A stretch of 64,000 nt of DNA from Vicugna vicugna (Eukaryota): the NCBI GenBank assembly GCA_013265495.1, contig MU062317.1, forward strand, positions 1,486,229 through 1,550,228, given 5' to 3'. Position 1 is the stretch's first letter. Each line of letters opens with the position of its first letter. Of the stretch, positions 1 through 13,790 are shown piece after piece. A model generated the notes under the pieces. That model searched no databases. It was not told the DNA's origin and was given only the letters and a program-made list of their open reading frames with translations. The translations under genes and the position numbers were made by a program.

Positions 1-488
1 GGCAACGCTGGCTGACCTCCTCTCCGGGCCTGCGGAGAGATCCCACCTGGAACCCAGGTGGTCACCAAGGGCTCAGGGAGGAGGCCCTCCGGCACCACCA
101 CCAGCACTAAACCTGGCCTTCCTCGGGCACCAGCACGGCTCCCGGCACCCAGGCGTGATGAGCCGACCCACGAGTCTCCAGCCCCCAGAGTCCCTAGGCC
201 GGGCTGGGGATGCCACAGGGTCCGCTGTGCAGACTGGGACGCCAGAGGGCGCCACCCATCTCGCCGGGCCCTAGGCTGACCCGGAGACGGCCCTGGGAGC
301 CCCAGCACCAGAGCGTGAGGAACCCCGGGCGAAGTGTGAACAATCCCAGTGTGAAGGACGGGCACCGACACTTCCCTTACGTTCAGTGCTCAGCCGGAAA
401 GTGATCGGTAGAGAGCACTTCCTGCAACACAAACCCTGAGCGCAGAGCGGGGCAAAGACAGCGGCCCCCCCACCGCGGCCACACTCAC

Positions 489-593
489 CTGCAACAGGTA
501 AACTCGAACCATGTAGACGAAGCTCAGGCCCAGCGTCACCACCCACCGCAGGGCCGTGTGAGGCGTGGACTTGTCCAGCCAGGACTGATAGAT
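489..593 (-). CDS. RER1: RER1 second coding exon (105 nt, IYQSWLDKSTPHTALRWVVTLGLSFVYMVRVYLLQ)
   Basis: Peptide nearly identical to recalled mammalian RER1 residues 28-62; CAG acceptor (594-596) and GTGAGT donor (483-488) on the - strand; phase 0/0. Remaining exons lie left of the window. Confidence 0.97.
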
Positions 594-997
594 CTGGAGG
601 AAGGAGAGTTCCCGCGCGTCATGGAGCCCGCCGCGCCTCCCGCAGTGCACCCCCCGCGCTCTCTGCTTCAGGCTCCAAGTCACCAACACAGAGCAGTGAC
701 TACGACTCATCCAAATTTTATCTGGAATAATTCCTGAGGCAGCTCCATCCCTTAAGCAAAAATATTACCAGAGCACCTCTCACAGCAGGTGGTGCCACAG
801 CACTGGCCGGAGGGGTCACCACGGGGAGACCTGACTTCAGCCCCGGCGAGGACTGGCCTGAGGACGGCAAGGGGGAGCCGCCAAGCCGCCACCTGCACAC
901 AGGACTCCGCCAACGCCCGCTGCTCTCGGGGCCAAGCCCACCCCCCAGCCCCAGCCGCCCGAGCTCCGCGGGACCAGAGCAGCGTGGAGCTTAGTTT

Positions 998-1076
998 CAC
1001 ACGTGCACACGCGTGTGTCCGTGCGCGGGTGTGTATCTGTGTCCGTGTACACGTAACTAGTGTACATGTGTGTGCT
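998..1076. repeat. Degenerate (GT/AC)n alternating purine-pyrimidine tract
   Basis: ACACGTGCACACGCGTGTGT...GTGTACATGTGTG seen directly. Confidence 0.7.
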
Positions 1077-1760
1077 CTGACTTTAATTCTGAAACTTTAA
1101 TTGTGAAATTCAACCTCTCATAAAAGTAAAGAGAACATGTGGCCCCACGCATGCCATGACCTGGCTTCAATAATTATCAGGTTTTCCAGGTGCTATTTCT
1201 TAATTTTAAAAATCAGTACACTCTCAGTTCTGAACCCACACATCGGTACGTGCACCTCTTCACCAAGTCAGACTTCCTCCTCTAAGACGGAAGCCCACGC
1301 ACGGTGTGGAGCGCTGCGGGCCGCTGCAGCCTGGTCTGGCTGAGCACGAGCGCAGACTGGGCGAGGGGCTGTGGGCCCGCCCCCGCCCCCGGGCCGAGGC
1401 GACGTGGATGTGGGTGGCGGGGAGAGGCGACATCAAGGGCAGAGCAGGACCTGCCGAGTCTGCGCCACCCAGGAGCTGAGAACGGCTTCCACGTTTTAAA
1501 GGTTGTTGGGCAAAGATGCAGAAAACAAGGATGTGAGCTAGGCTGCGTGGGCCCCCAGGCCTGAACCACTCACTGCGTGCGCTCTGCAGGAGACACGGGA
1601 GGCTCCCGGCGGTGGGAGGAGGTGATTCTGAGAGTGAACATGAGACCGAGGGAGGCGACCCTATCCTTGGGGACCTATCCGTGGAGACCGCCAACACGCA
1701 CGCCCCGGGCAGTGTCCCGGGGCCAAATGTTTACACGATTCAGCCACCCAAAAAACCCAC

Positions 1761-1841
1761 CTGTCCAAGTCTCGTGAAGAATCTGTACACCACGGAAGGC
1801 TTCCCATGGACGGACTCCCCCACGCTGTCACCTTCGGACAT
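1761..1841 (-). CDS. RER1: RER1 first coding exon (81 nt CDS, MSEGDSVGESVHGKPSVVYRFFTRLGQ)
   Basis: ATG at 1841-1839; translation matches recalled RER1 N-terminus; GTGGGT donor follows CAG at 1761; joins the 489-593 exon in frame. Not in the ORF track (too short). Confidence 0.97.
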
Positions 1842-4179
1842 TCTGGAAATAGAATACGGACTTTTAAACAAAGAGCGCCCACGGGTTTGCTCACCTCACC
1901 CTCTTCCAGCACCACTGCACGGGTCTGCTCAGTGCTCATGCTGCACCCCCGCCCCTGCTTCCGTCCGTGTCCACCGCAAGTCGGCCGGGGAAAGAAGCAA
2001 GCAGGCAACGCGCTCTGGCAGAGAGCCAGGAGGGCAGGCGGCGCACCAGCGGCCCTAGGCGCATGCCCGCCTCTGCCAGTGGCCCTAGGAGCCACCCTCA
2101 CAGACTAGGGAGTCCTGTGGATTCGACTCTGTGTCCACCTCCCTGGGGCTTGCCCACTGCGTGGACCGCTGCACCTGCCTCTCCCAGCACCGCCTCCGGC
2201 CGCTCCCAGGGCCCCCCTTGGTACCCCTCTCTCCTCTCAGCGCCACCCGATCCCCGACCAGCCTGCTCTCCACTGTGCCGGCAGCCAGCTGGGCACCTCC
2301 TGCTCCTCCCAAAACCAGGTCCCACTCCAGGAACAGGCCATGTCACACGTGATCTCAGGTAATCAGCCAACCTGTCCCAGTTCCTTATCTGTGTGTGGAG
2401 GTAATCCTATCTGCTCCTGCCCGTTCCAGCCACTGTGTGACTCTGTGTGACACTGTGAGGACTTAGCTTCCAAGAACCCAGGCCACCAGGTGAAGCGAAG
2501 GGCACTGTCACCCCCGTTTCATGAAAGAGGGTCAGGCCTCAAACAGTTTAGGCCACTCGCTCAAAGTCCAGCAGCTCTGCCAGTGGGTGGCTGGAGCCCA
2601 GCCTGACCTCACGCCTCCAGCCCCTCACGGCGCCGCTGGACCATGGGACAAGAAGGATCCGGGGGACCCGGTCACTTGCCACCCCTAAGCCGGTGAAGAC
2701 GCCAAGCAAGCTCATGCCGCGGCACCTCGGCAGGGCTGGGGAACAGAAGTGGACTCTGGCTCTGACTATGCTTCCAAAGCCCCCGAGCGGCAAGGCCTTA
2801 GTCTGCTCGTCTGAAAGGCACGGCAGCCCTTCCCATTTGGACAGAAAGCTGCAGTTCACGATGCCCGAGCTGCCCCATCAACTGGCCTGTTCATGGCAGG
2901 GCCGGAGCATGAACCACGCCTGCCCACACTTCCCGGGCACGTCCGCACTGCGTGCACTCACTAAGCTAGCAGGCTCACAACGTGGTCCTGGCCCCAAGCG
3001 GAACAGGTGACCCAGGAGCACCAGCCCCTGCAGTCGAAAATCCAAGTACAACTTTACGGTCAGCCTCTGTATCCCAGGATCACTCTGCGTATTTCAGGAA
3101 GAACATTCACAGTAAGTGGGCCCACGTACTCCAAACCCGTGTAGCTCAGGGTCAACTACACAGCTCAGGTATTAAAATAACCTGAGCAGTCCCACCGCAC
3201 ACATCGCCACACTTGTGTTATCAAGTGAAACCATGACTTCACGCCACCACTTCCTGGAGCCCTGGGCAGAGGGGCTGAGTGCCGAGAAGGAGACCCAGAA
3301 ATGCCCTTTGCTCTCATGGGAGTCACGACCAAACTGAACAGGTGACCTGTGGCTCCTGGTCCTGTCTTTTTGGGAAGTTTGTTTTTATATTCAACTGGGG
3401 AGAATTCCGTATCTTAAAAGGGGCTAAATTAGAAGCTGTTACCTAGGAGGGCCAGCCACCCAACCAGTAGGCCAAAGCCTGACCAACAGAAAGCGACATC
3501 AGCAGTGTCCTCAGCCCTACAGTTCCCTAGGAATTTCTCCTTATCTTACTTCTTCAAGACCAAAGTGCTTCCCATTAAAGTGGTTTTACTTAAAAGGAGG
3601 CATTGAGAGCAATGCTAGAGAGAAGACACTTGGCTCTTCCTTTAGAGAACGTGCCCTAAGCAGAAACAGCTGCCCACACGTCTCATTCTTCCACCTGAAC
3701 GTGTGGAAGGCCTTCCAAGCACACGTTGGCTGATTCCTAACCGCCTGACAGACGGCACGTGCGTTAAAGCGTGGCCCCACACCTGAGATGGACTCACCAT
3801 CACTGACAACATCAGGAGTATGAACTTTGGAGCCAAACGGCCGCCTACAGAACCCCGCTCTGTCACCATCTAGCAGTGGCCCGAGTCTCTCTCAGCACAC
3901 CCACTCCAGTCTGTGCAGTGGGGCACAGCACCTCAGCACCCTCTCCAAGGCCTCTGGCGGGGACTCTGTGGCCACCGCGTTAGCATCGGCTCGGGGCCTG
4001 GCCCTGAGGACAAGGCAAGGAGCAGGCGGGCCTCCCTCAAACACGTCAGACTTGTTCCTGGGTCAGGGTGCCCTTTGCACCAGCTGGTCTGCCGGCAGTC
4101 CTCTTTCCTCTGCTGTTAAAGGGCCGCCTCTTCAGTGAGGCCCTCCGTGACTGTCCAGCTGGCACAGACCCCTTAGGTC

Positions 4180-4325
4180 ACATCACCCTGTCTTATTTTG
4201 TGTGACAGGCATTTCTAACTTCTTCCCAGTGTACTTCTCTGTTTCCTCCTACTAGAATGCAAGCCCCTTGAGGGGAGCCTTGTCTGGCCCACTGCTGGGC
4301 CCTACGCCTACACGGGCCTGTCACA
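4180..4325 (+). mobile_element. L2 3'-end remnant
   Basis: CTAGAATGCAAGCCCCTTGAGGGGAG..CTTGTCTG..CACTGCTG resembles the recalled L2 3' consensus. Confidence 0.5.
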
Positions 4326-5259
4326 TAGCTAGCAGCCAGTAAGCTGTCTGCCAAGCTCAACTGCTTCAGGCTCAGTGACTTGAAGACCAACTAGAAACCA
4401 AGACAAACCAATCCAAGCAGAGACCACAAGCGTCACTTGCGGAGTTGTAGCAAAACTCACCAGATGCCTAGTTCTCCAGCCATCGCTGCACCTGCTTCTG
4501 GAGTGGTCCTCACTCCTCAGAGAATCGCACACACAGGAGCAGCCTGGCATACGGGTCATCAGTTTGCCTCCCACCACTTTTCCTTCATCTCCCCTCCCCT
4601 CATTCCTTGCGGGTCGCAAGCACAGTAATTTCACACACTTTCAACCTCTGATGCTGTTCCCTCCGCTGATACTGCCCTTCCAGAGCTCAAAGACTCCCTC
4701 GGCAAGGCCCCGGGGGTGGCTCCTCCCTCCCCTGAGCGTGACCACCTTCCAGTCTCCACCTGCCCTGGCCACCCTGGACCTGCACTCACAGGATCTGGAG
4801 ACCTTGATTCACCTACGGGGAGCCGCCTTACACACCCCTCACGAAGTGAAAGACCAACTCGACTGAGAAGCAGGCGCCCCGGGAAACTCCCAGGCCCAGG
4901 CGCCAGGGCACGCTTCCGGAGGGCAGCTCTGGGCAGGTGCGCGGGGCGCCGTCGGGCGAGTCAGCCCGAAGCGCTAGTGATCTTCGTCCGCAGAATCGCC
5001 AAGAAGCGACCCCGAGCGACCCAACTTCATCGCGACGCTTCCTCCCCAAATCGCGCAGGCCAGCCCTGGATGAGCGAGGACACCCAGGGCCCCCGGGCCC
5101 GGGCCGGGAAGCCGACCCCTCCCAGGACGCGCCCGCGGAGAGCGGAGGGCGGGGGACCGGTCACCGCGGCGACCCCGGGGGCCCGGCCCAGCCTCCTGCC
5201 CCGCGCTCGGTCCCCAGGCCCCCGGGCCCCCCGCCCGGCCCCGCCTCGCCCGCCGGCAC

Positions 5260-5420
5260 CTCGCGGTCCGCTGCGGCCGAGCGCGGTCTCCCGAGCGCCG
5301 CGGGAAGGAGGACGCGGGTGGCGGCCGCGCCGGCGCTTGGCTGGGTCCGGGAAGGGGCTGCCGAGCACTTCCGCTCCGTCCTGCGCGGCGCCGCCTCCCG
5401 GGCCTCCAAGATGGCCACCG
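5260..5420 (-). other. RER1: RER1 non-coding exon 1 (5' boundary approximate)
   Basis: Inside the CpG island; candidate donor CGAG|GTGCCG at 5260/5259 on the - strand; upstream ETS and YY1 motifs. TSS not determinable from sequence. Confidence 0.55.
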
Positions 5421-5658
5421 GGGCGGGGCCAAGAGGCTCCAACAATTTCCGCTTCCGGTGCGGCGCCCAGGCCGTTGGCGAGGCGGTAGAGGCGGCGGAA
5501 GGGACGTACGCGGCGGAAATTCGCTGTGATGCGCAAGCGCAATCGCATCCTCTGGCTCCGGGTCCGGACAGCTCCACTCCAGAGATTGTTATCGCCCAGA
5601 GACTGAGCTCGAGGCCACGCCCCTCGAGACCAATGAGCCAGTGGAGGAGGACTATGTG

Positions 5659-5673
5659 GTTGCTAAGGGAAAC
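5659..5673 (+). promoter_or_regulatory. RFX X-box-like motif GTTGCTAAGGGAAAC
   Basis: Resembles the X-box (two imperfect GTTGCC/GGCAAC half-sites, here 6+3+6), 14 nt before the MORN1 ATG. Confidence 0.55.
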
Positions 5674-5687
5674 CTTCAAGCGGCAAG

Positions 5688-5763
5688 ATGGCGTCCTCCA
5701 GTGAGGGACGCCCCAGCTACCACCCGCCGCGCAGGGACCAACCCGGGCGGCCTCCGCGGGACG
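5688..5763 (+). CDS. MORN1: MORN1 exon 1 (MASSSEGRPSYHPPRRDQPGRPPRD-G)
   Basis: ATG in AAGATGG context; similar to recalled MORN1 N-terminus (..PRRDPPRRPPRDG); donor G|GTAACG. Confidence 0.92.
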
Positions 5764-6856
5764 GTAACGGCCGACTGCGCCCTACTGGGACTCCGTCGAA
5801 ATGGGAGGGAGGCAGGCAGTGTACGGACGCTCGCTGCGCTCTCCCGCTTCACTTTGGGAAGTCCGAATCCAGGAGCCGGCGCCAGAACCCGCGGCCCCCA
5901 AGCCCAGCAGGGCTCCCCAAGCGCGTCTCCCCAAGCGCAGCTGGCCCTCCGCGGGAGCCCTCGTCTCCCCCGACCCTGGGAGGGACGCGTCTTCGCGTGT
6001 CCCAGTGCCCGCGGGGTGGGCGGACCCAGACTAGCGGAACCGGCCTGAGCCTCGGGACCGAGCCCGGAGGAACCCAAGGCGGCCTTGGGTGTCAGAAGGT
6101 TTGATAGGAGCTGTTCACAGAATCAAAGAAATAGGGCCAGAGTGATCCCAGTCCACCATTATCATCAGGTAGAACCCGGCCCTCGCTTACGGCAGACACT
6201 GGAGTCCAGAATCCGGCAACCCCATGCTTCCCCAGAGCCGCTCCCTCCAAGTTGGCCTTGAAACAGGGAGGCTGGTGGGGAGAGGGGTCCTGTCCATTAC
6301 AGGAACTGTGGGAGTTGGGGGGCGGTGTGCCCAGCAGCTGAGTGGCAAGAAACGAAACTAAGAAGGCCTTCCTTGGGTACAAGTGGGGATTTTGTCCAGA
6401 GGGCCCTGGGTGGGGAGGGGGCGTGGGGAGATCCTGCAGAGAAATGGTGGGCCGTCCCCTCCCCTCTGTGCCCTCACCTTCACCCAGCTAATTCCGCTCG
6501 GCTCAAATGTCCCCTCTCCAAGAAGGACCCTCCCACACCCCCTCCACCCTCCTGCCTCCCCGCCCTGCCACCTCTCCAGGACCCTGCTCTCACTTGTCCT
6601 AGCCCACCCCTCCCCTGCCTCTCTGTACCGAGTAGCTCAGCATGTTTGCAGCACAAACAAACTGTGAATGGATGGACAGTAAACAGGAGCATCGTGACCC
6701 CTTTGGGAAGCAGTGGGGGGGGCGGTGGTCGTTCCCCGGAGGTGGGGCCACAGACGCCTGGAAAAGCCCCAAGACCACCCCACCTCAGTGTTTGCCGGTC
6801 ATCAGCCAGGTCACCTGTGTCATGTGCTTACCTGTGTGTCTCCTTTCGCTATTCAG

Positions 6857-6928
6857 GTTACGGAGTCTACGTGTACCCAAATTCTTTCTTTCGATATGAA
6901 GGAGAGTGGAAAGGAGGAAAGAAACACG
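6857..6928 (+). CDS. MORN1: MORN1 exon 2 (GYGVYVYPNSFFRYEGEWKGGKKH-G)
   Basis: TTCAG acceptor, G|GTGAGG donor; MORN motif YEGEW. Confidence 0.97.
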
Positions 6929-7829
6929 GTGAGGACCGTCTGTGGCCTCTTCCTGCAGCCTCACCGCTGACAGCCCGTTTCCCACTGGATCTGGGGGCGG
7001 GTGGGCCACACTGGGCCCTCAGCTGTCACTAGTGCCAGAGAAGGGCCACCTCCTGCAGCCTTGGAGAGCCGGACTAGCCGCCCTGGTGCTCAGCTGGGAG
7101 ACCCCCCAGTATGCTGCTTTCTCACAGGCTCGGGGGCCCCCTCAGCCGGGGAAGCTGCAACCCAGAGATTCTCCCTGGAGTGTTGGTTTGTTTTTGCCTT
7201 TCTGGTTTTGCTCTTCTTTCCCCTGATGATAGAGACCACCTCCTTTTGGAGAAAATCTAAGCAGCAGAGGAGAGAAAGGAGCGAGTGAAAGTCCCCGGGC
7301 GCCGCCCCCGAGGCAGGCCTGGCGCCCGGGGCTTCTGCTCGCAGGCTTATGTCTGCCTCAGGCTCTGCTCTGAGCGCCCTCCGCCCGGTTTTCTGCTGGA
7401 GGGTTGATCTTTCAGTATTTTCCTGTGAGCTATTTTCATATCCATTGATTGCCAGTGTCTGCTATTTTTTGAGCCTTTTGAATTTTATTGTAGTGTTTTT
7501 CACTTCTGTTCTGAAAGCGGGAAGGCTCGTGTCTGAGCCTTGGATCCTGGCCTGGGCAGAGTGGTCCCCCTCTTTAAAATGCACTCTGCTGTGTCACCCA
7601 CACCCACAGGCTCGCGCTCCTTCTGCCCCTGTGCTGACGGAGGTGGGGCGGCCCTCTGAGGAGGCCTCGGGGGCAGGGTCTCTGTGCTTTTGATGGCTGG
7701 GACAGGACGCTCAGTCACGCTCCTCGGCTGTCCTCAGCAGGACCTTCCAGCCTGCTCTTCCCTCTGAGAACCCGGCCCTGCCGCGTGCGGGCCCCAGCAG
7801 TCACTCCCCACCACCATGTGACGTCATGA

Positions 7830-7943
<114 letters not shown>

Positions 7944-8199
7944 TAGCTCCACGACTCCGTCCTCCTAAACAGTCCCCAGTGTAGGTTGGTACCTCCCGTC
8001 TAGATGCCGAAGGCCTTCCATCTCTTGGTTTCCCTAAGTTGTCTCGTAATGGCCTCGTGCCAGCTGGGGCCTGGGTGGCTGTGGTGCCGCCCTCAGCTTG
8101 GCCAGGTTCCTGTCTGCAGAACCCCAGACCCTCTCGGGCAGTACGGTCAGTCCTCAGTGGAGAGAAGGCTCACCCACAGACTCGGACCTGGGGGCTTAG

Positions 8200-8589
<390 letters not shown>

Positions 8590-8981
8590 TGATTCGGGGC
8601 CTGAGTGGGGTCAGGGGAGTACAGCCCCTCTGTGCAGGTCTGTGCCTGGGGCACGGTCATCGCCCACTGTGGCCTCACGAGCCTCCCAAACCCGGGGACT
8701 CAGGTCTCCATTTTATCATGCTGGGTCCTGGGGATAAGCGTCTGGCCGGGTGGGTCTTCTGGCCTCGCACTGGGTGGTGACAACTCGGCCAGGCCTGTGG
8801 GTCCCCAGGGTCCTCACTTGCAGTCAGGAGGCCACGTCTGGGGGTGGGCAGACTCTGCCTGAGGGGAGCAGAGCAGACCCTGGGGCAGGTGCAGCTGCCT
8901 CTGTCTTTCCACGGCCTCTCAGGTAAGAAGTAGGAATCTCCTCCACTTCCTGGGTGTGCAGACCCTGAAAATGCCAACTGA

Positions 8982-9407
<426 letters not shown>

Positions 9408-9496
9408 TGAGTTGGCTGCCCAGGTCTGCCTCCCCTTCGAATGCTCAGCTGTGAAAGTCTGTGTCTTTTGATCTGATTCTGTAGTTTCTCCCTTAG

Positions 9497-10402
<906 letters not shown>

Positions 10403-10559
10403 TAGGTGAGACGAGGCAAAGGGATGCAGGCTGTGGGGAGACCCCCTCGGGCCCCAGAGTCAACACCCTCTCCTTCCTGGACACCAGCCCATGTGCCAGC
10501 CAGGAGCCAATGGGCGGGAGCTGAGGTGCGTGTCCCATCAGCACTCGCTCCTGTGCCCA

Positions 10560-11120
10560 GCTGGTGGGGACAGCACACCAGCCCGGCATGACGAGACCAT
10601 GTGGAGACTGCGTGGAAGGGTGAGGCTGGGCTCCGAGGAGGCTGGAGCAGAGCCGGGGAAGACTAGGTGGGAGGCCCGGGTGATCCCACACATAGCGCTG
10701 GAGCCACGAGGGGTTGGAGTTTGATTCTGACCATCATGGAAAATGCGGAAGGAATTGGTGCCCTGATCCCTGTGTTTGGAAGGTCCCTCTGGTTCTTCTT
10801 CATTGAGAGAGGTGATGGCAGCCCTCGTGGGGTGTAGATCCAAATTGGGCTGGTTTGGAGGTAGAGGCGCCGGACTGGTTGGAGGACTGGAGGCCAAGGC
10901 GGGGGCAGCAGCAGCAGAGAGGGTGCTCCTGCATCACGGGCCTGGGTGTCAGACGGACAGTGGTGCCTGGACCAGAGTCCACCTAGGCAACAGAAACGAC
11001 ACCAGCAACTGGACGTGAAAATGTCAGCCAGTGAAAGGCGGCAAACTGCTGAGAGGGGTAAAGGCAGAATATGGAAAAGCAAGCGTGCAAGTGGACCCAG
11101 GAGACCCAAGGATGGGCTGT
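10560..11120. mobile_element. L2-like remnant (boundaries approximate)
   Basis: GAGTTTGATTCTGACCATCATGGAAAATG..GAAGG resembles a recalled L2 internal segment. Confidence 0.4.
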
Positions 11121-12557
11121 GGGGACCGGCTTGCCAGGGCCCTCAGGCCTGACTGCTGGGCTGAGCGCTAAGGGAGAGGTGACTCGTGGCACATGGCGGC
11201 TTCCCGAGTGACTGAGCTGCCGCCGGGCTCGGCTGTGACGTGCCAGCTGCATCTGGGCCTCAGGAGCCAAGAGCTGCATGCGCTGGGCACCTGGGACGCT
11301 CAAGGGAAGGCGACGGTGACGAGGTCCGGTCTAAAGGCTCAACTCCAGCACAGCCCTGAAAGAATCCCTCGTTTCTCAAAGCCTCAGGGCTGAAACGGAA
11401 TTTGGTTGTGTGGGTTGCAGAATTACGAAGTCAGCTGAATTGACGTCTTTGCCAAGTTTCTCGTGTGAAACAGTGAAGATTGGAACAGAACAGCCTGTGG
11501 GAGCAGGGAGAGCCCAGCCCCTCCAGAGACTCAGCTCCCGACAGACAGAGGAGACCCCGTGCACAGAGAATCCCACCGGGGACGCACCCTGTGCCTTGGG
11601 AGTGGACACCGGAGCCCAAGGGAAGTCCCTTCCCTGCAGGGTCCATGCAGCACCGGCTGTTGACAGCCCCACTCGGCAGCAGCCAGCACAGCAGAACATC
11701 TCAGGGTCCAACTCCTGTAGCGCAGAGTCAGGCGAGGAAGGGTGGACTTGGGGCGGAGGGGCGGTAAACTGGTGCCCGGCGGGGCCCTGTGAGGCAACGT
11801 GGCCTGTCAGGGAGCATGCATTCTTGCTCTGGTGGCCCGGGCTCCCCCAGCGGGCTCCCCTCACCGGCTCAGAGGACAGAGCTCTGCTTAGGTGACCCCA
11901 CCTCCCAGGCCCACTCCTGGGACCACAGCCCCAGTCCGGGCAGCTGGCCGCTGGCCTCCTCCTTAGGGGGCTCCCAGGATGCCGCGTCCCCTTTGCTGCC
12001 ACCTGCCTGGGCTGCTGCGGTCCAACCTCACGGGACCAGGCCCCCGGGCTCACCCTGGGTTGCCACAGCTGTTGGTCTGAATTCTCCAGAGCTGCCGAGG
12101 AGAGGACCTCAGGGATCCCGGCGTGCCGAGTTCCCCACAGCGCCCAGACCTCGCGGGGCCGGGTGGATGCGTTACCTGTGTCTGGTACCCAGAGCTCAGT
12201 CATACACCGTCCCCGATGCTGGGCACCTCCTTCCGCTCTTCTGACTCACTGACCCTCCTGAATCCCCCAGGAGGTGCCTGTTCCCATTTCACAGCCGAGG
12301 AGGCTCCCCCTCGTCCCAGTGTGACTACCAGACCGGCGTGGCCGATCTTCCAGAGAATCCTGAAAAGCTTCACCCTCCCGCTGCATCGCGAGCTCTGACC
12401 CCAGAGGATGTTCTGGACACCTCCAGGGCCTCGCCGTGGGGCTGCAGCGCCCTCGTCAGCGGTCTGGGCACGGTGGGGCCTCCCCCGCAGACGGCGGCTC
12501 CGCCCAGCAGGGGCGGGCGGGGACCGGGGGCTGCCGCAGCGCCCACCCGGTCGCACT

Positions 12558-12572
12558 CCGCCAGGGGGCAGC
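12558..12572 (+). promoter_or_regulatory. Candidate CTCF site CCGCCAGGGGGCAGC
   Basis: Fits the CTCF core CC(A/G)CCAG(G/A)(G/T)GGC(A/G). Confidence 0.45.
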
Positions 12573-13149
12573 CCGGCCCTGCAGCGGCTTCTCCTGCCTG
12601 GGAGCTGGAGACGCTTCCCTCCAAGTGGACGAAGGGGCTGGATTTCAGACGGGAACGGCAGGAAGTGTGAGAAGGAGGCGCCTTCATATCAGTCGGGGGC
12701 CGCCCTCCGCTCCCCGCAGACCCCGGGACCCAGGACCGGGGTCCTCCTGGCGCTTCTGCCTCCCAGGGCTCAAATACTGCCCGCCTGCCCTTCCTGTTGT
12801 CAGGGACATCCCGACCTCTCTGGCCGCATGCTCAGATGACACACCATCCCAGCCAGTGACCTGAAGGCCCTAGGCTGGCACACGGGCACTGAATGCCTGT
12901 GTCCCTGCAGCAACCTTCGCAGAGTGGCTTCTAGATGGTGTGGACACAGGGTGAGCACACCGGGCCTCTGGGGTCCCCTACGTCCTCGGTGAGGAGGGCA
13001 GAGCTGTGCGGGTGTGTCTGCTGCCAGGCCTCAGCGCCAGCTCCCCCTGCTCTGGGGACGCCTCCTGGGCTGGCCCTCCGCCCTCGCCCCCCGCCCTTGC
13101 CTCCACCCTCCAGTTGCCTCCTGGGCTTTTGCGGAACCCTCTCTTTTTC

Positions 13150-13790
13150 ACTTCCTGTAAAATACAAGTAGCAGGAAGTTTACCACCTTAACTGTTCTCA
13201 GCTCAGCGGCATCAAACTGGTTCCTGCTGTGTGACCATCCCCACCAGCTTCCAGATGTGAAACACCCGCCGCCCACCCCCCCAGCCCCCGGCCCCACCGC
13301 CTGCCCTGTCTGTGAGTCTGACTCCATGGACCTCGCGTGAGGGGAGTCACAGCAGGTTTGTCCTGTGGCTGACTTATTTCCCTGAGCACAGCGTCCTCAG
13401 GCGTCTTCGTGTTGAAGCAGGTGTCAGAGCTCCCTTCCTTTTTAAGGCTGAGTAATATTCCATCACGTGGCCATTCCCGCCATGTTATGTCTGCCCACTC
13501 GCCCACCAGCGGGCATCTGGTCTGTTTCCACGCTTGGCAACTGTCCGGGTTGCTGCTGAGAGCTCGGCGGGCAGCTCTCTCGGGCCCTGCTTTCAGTTCT
13601 GGGAACAGCGGAACTGCTGGGTCACGTGGTAGCGCTATTTTTAACTTTTCAAGGAACCTCCACACCGTTTTCCGTTTTCCATTCCTACCAACAGTGCGCC
13701 AGCGTTCCGATTTCTCCACATTCCCCCAACACTTATGCTTTCTATTTTTTAAAAGAGCCCTTGTAAGGGGCGTGAGCCCCTCAGCTACGG
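13150..13790 (-). mobile_element. Old L1 3' fragment (ORF2 C-terminus plus 3'UTR)
   Basis: - strand translation TVWRFLEKLKIALPRDPAVPL matches the L1 ORF2 motif WRFLKKLKIELPYDPAIPLL. Confidence 0.85.

Larger units (their letters stand above)
4880..6070. promoter_or_regulatory. CpG island / bidirectional RER1-MORN1 promoter
   Basis: Very high GC and CpG density between divergent genes; ETS/GABP CACTTCCGC 5366-5374 and TTCCGCTTCCGG 5447-5458; YY1-like CAAGATGGC 5407-5415 and 5684-5692; GC box 5420-5429; NRF1-like TGCGCAAGCGCA 5530-5541; KLF/SP GCCACGCCC 5614-5622; CCAAT 5630-5634; no TATA box. Confidence 0.9.

Noticed and set aside
4716-5704. Long overlapping ORFs in the promoter
   Set aside because: CpG-island artefact; only the short ATG-led overlapping uORF is kept, as a conditional finding.
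6092-6382. 96-aa - strand ORF with a signal-peptide-like N-terminus
   Set aside because: Starts at TTG rather than ATG, has no recognised homology, and lies in MORN1 intron 1.
13635-13644. MEF2-like CTATTTTTAA
   Set aside because: Lies within an L1 fragment where such AT tracts come from the consensus; no independent support.
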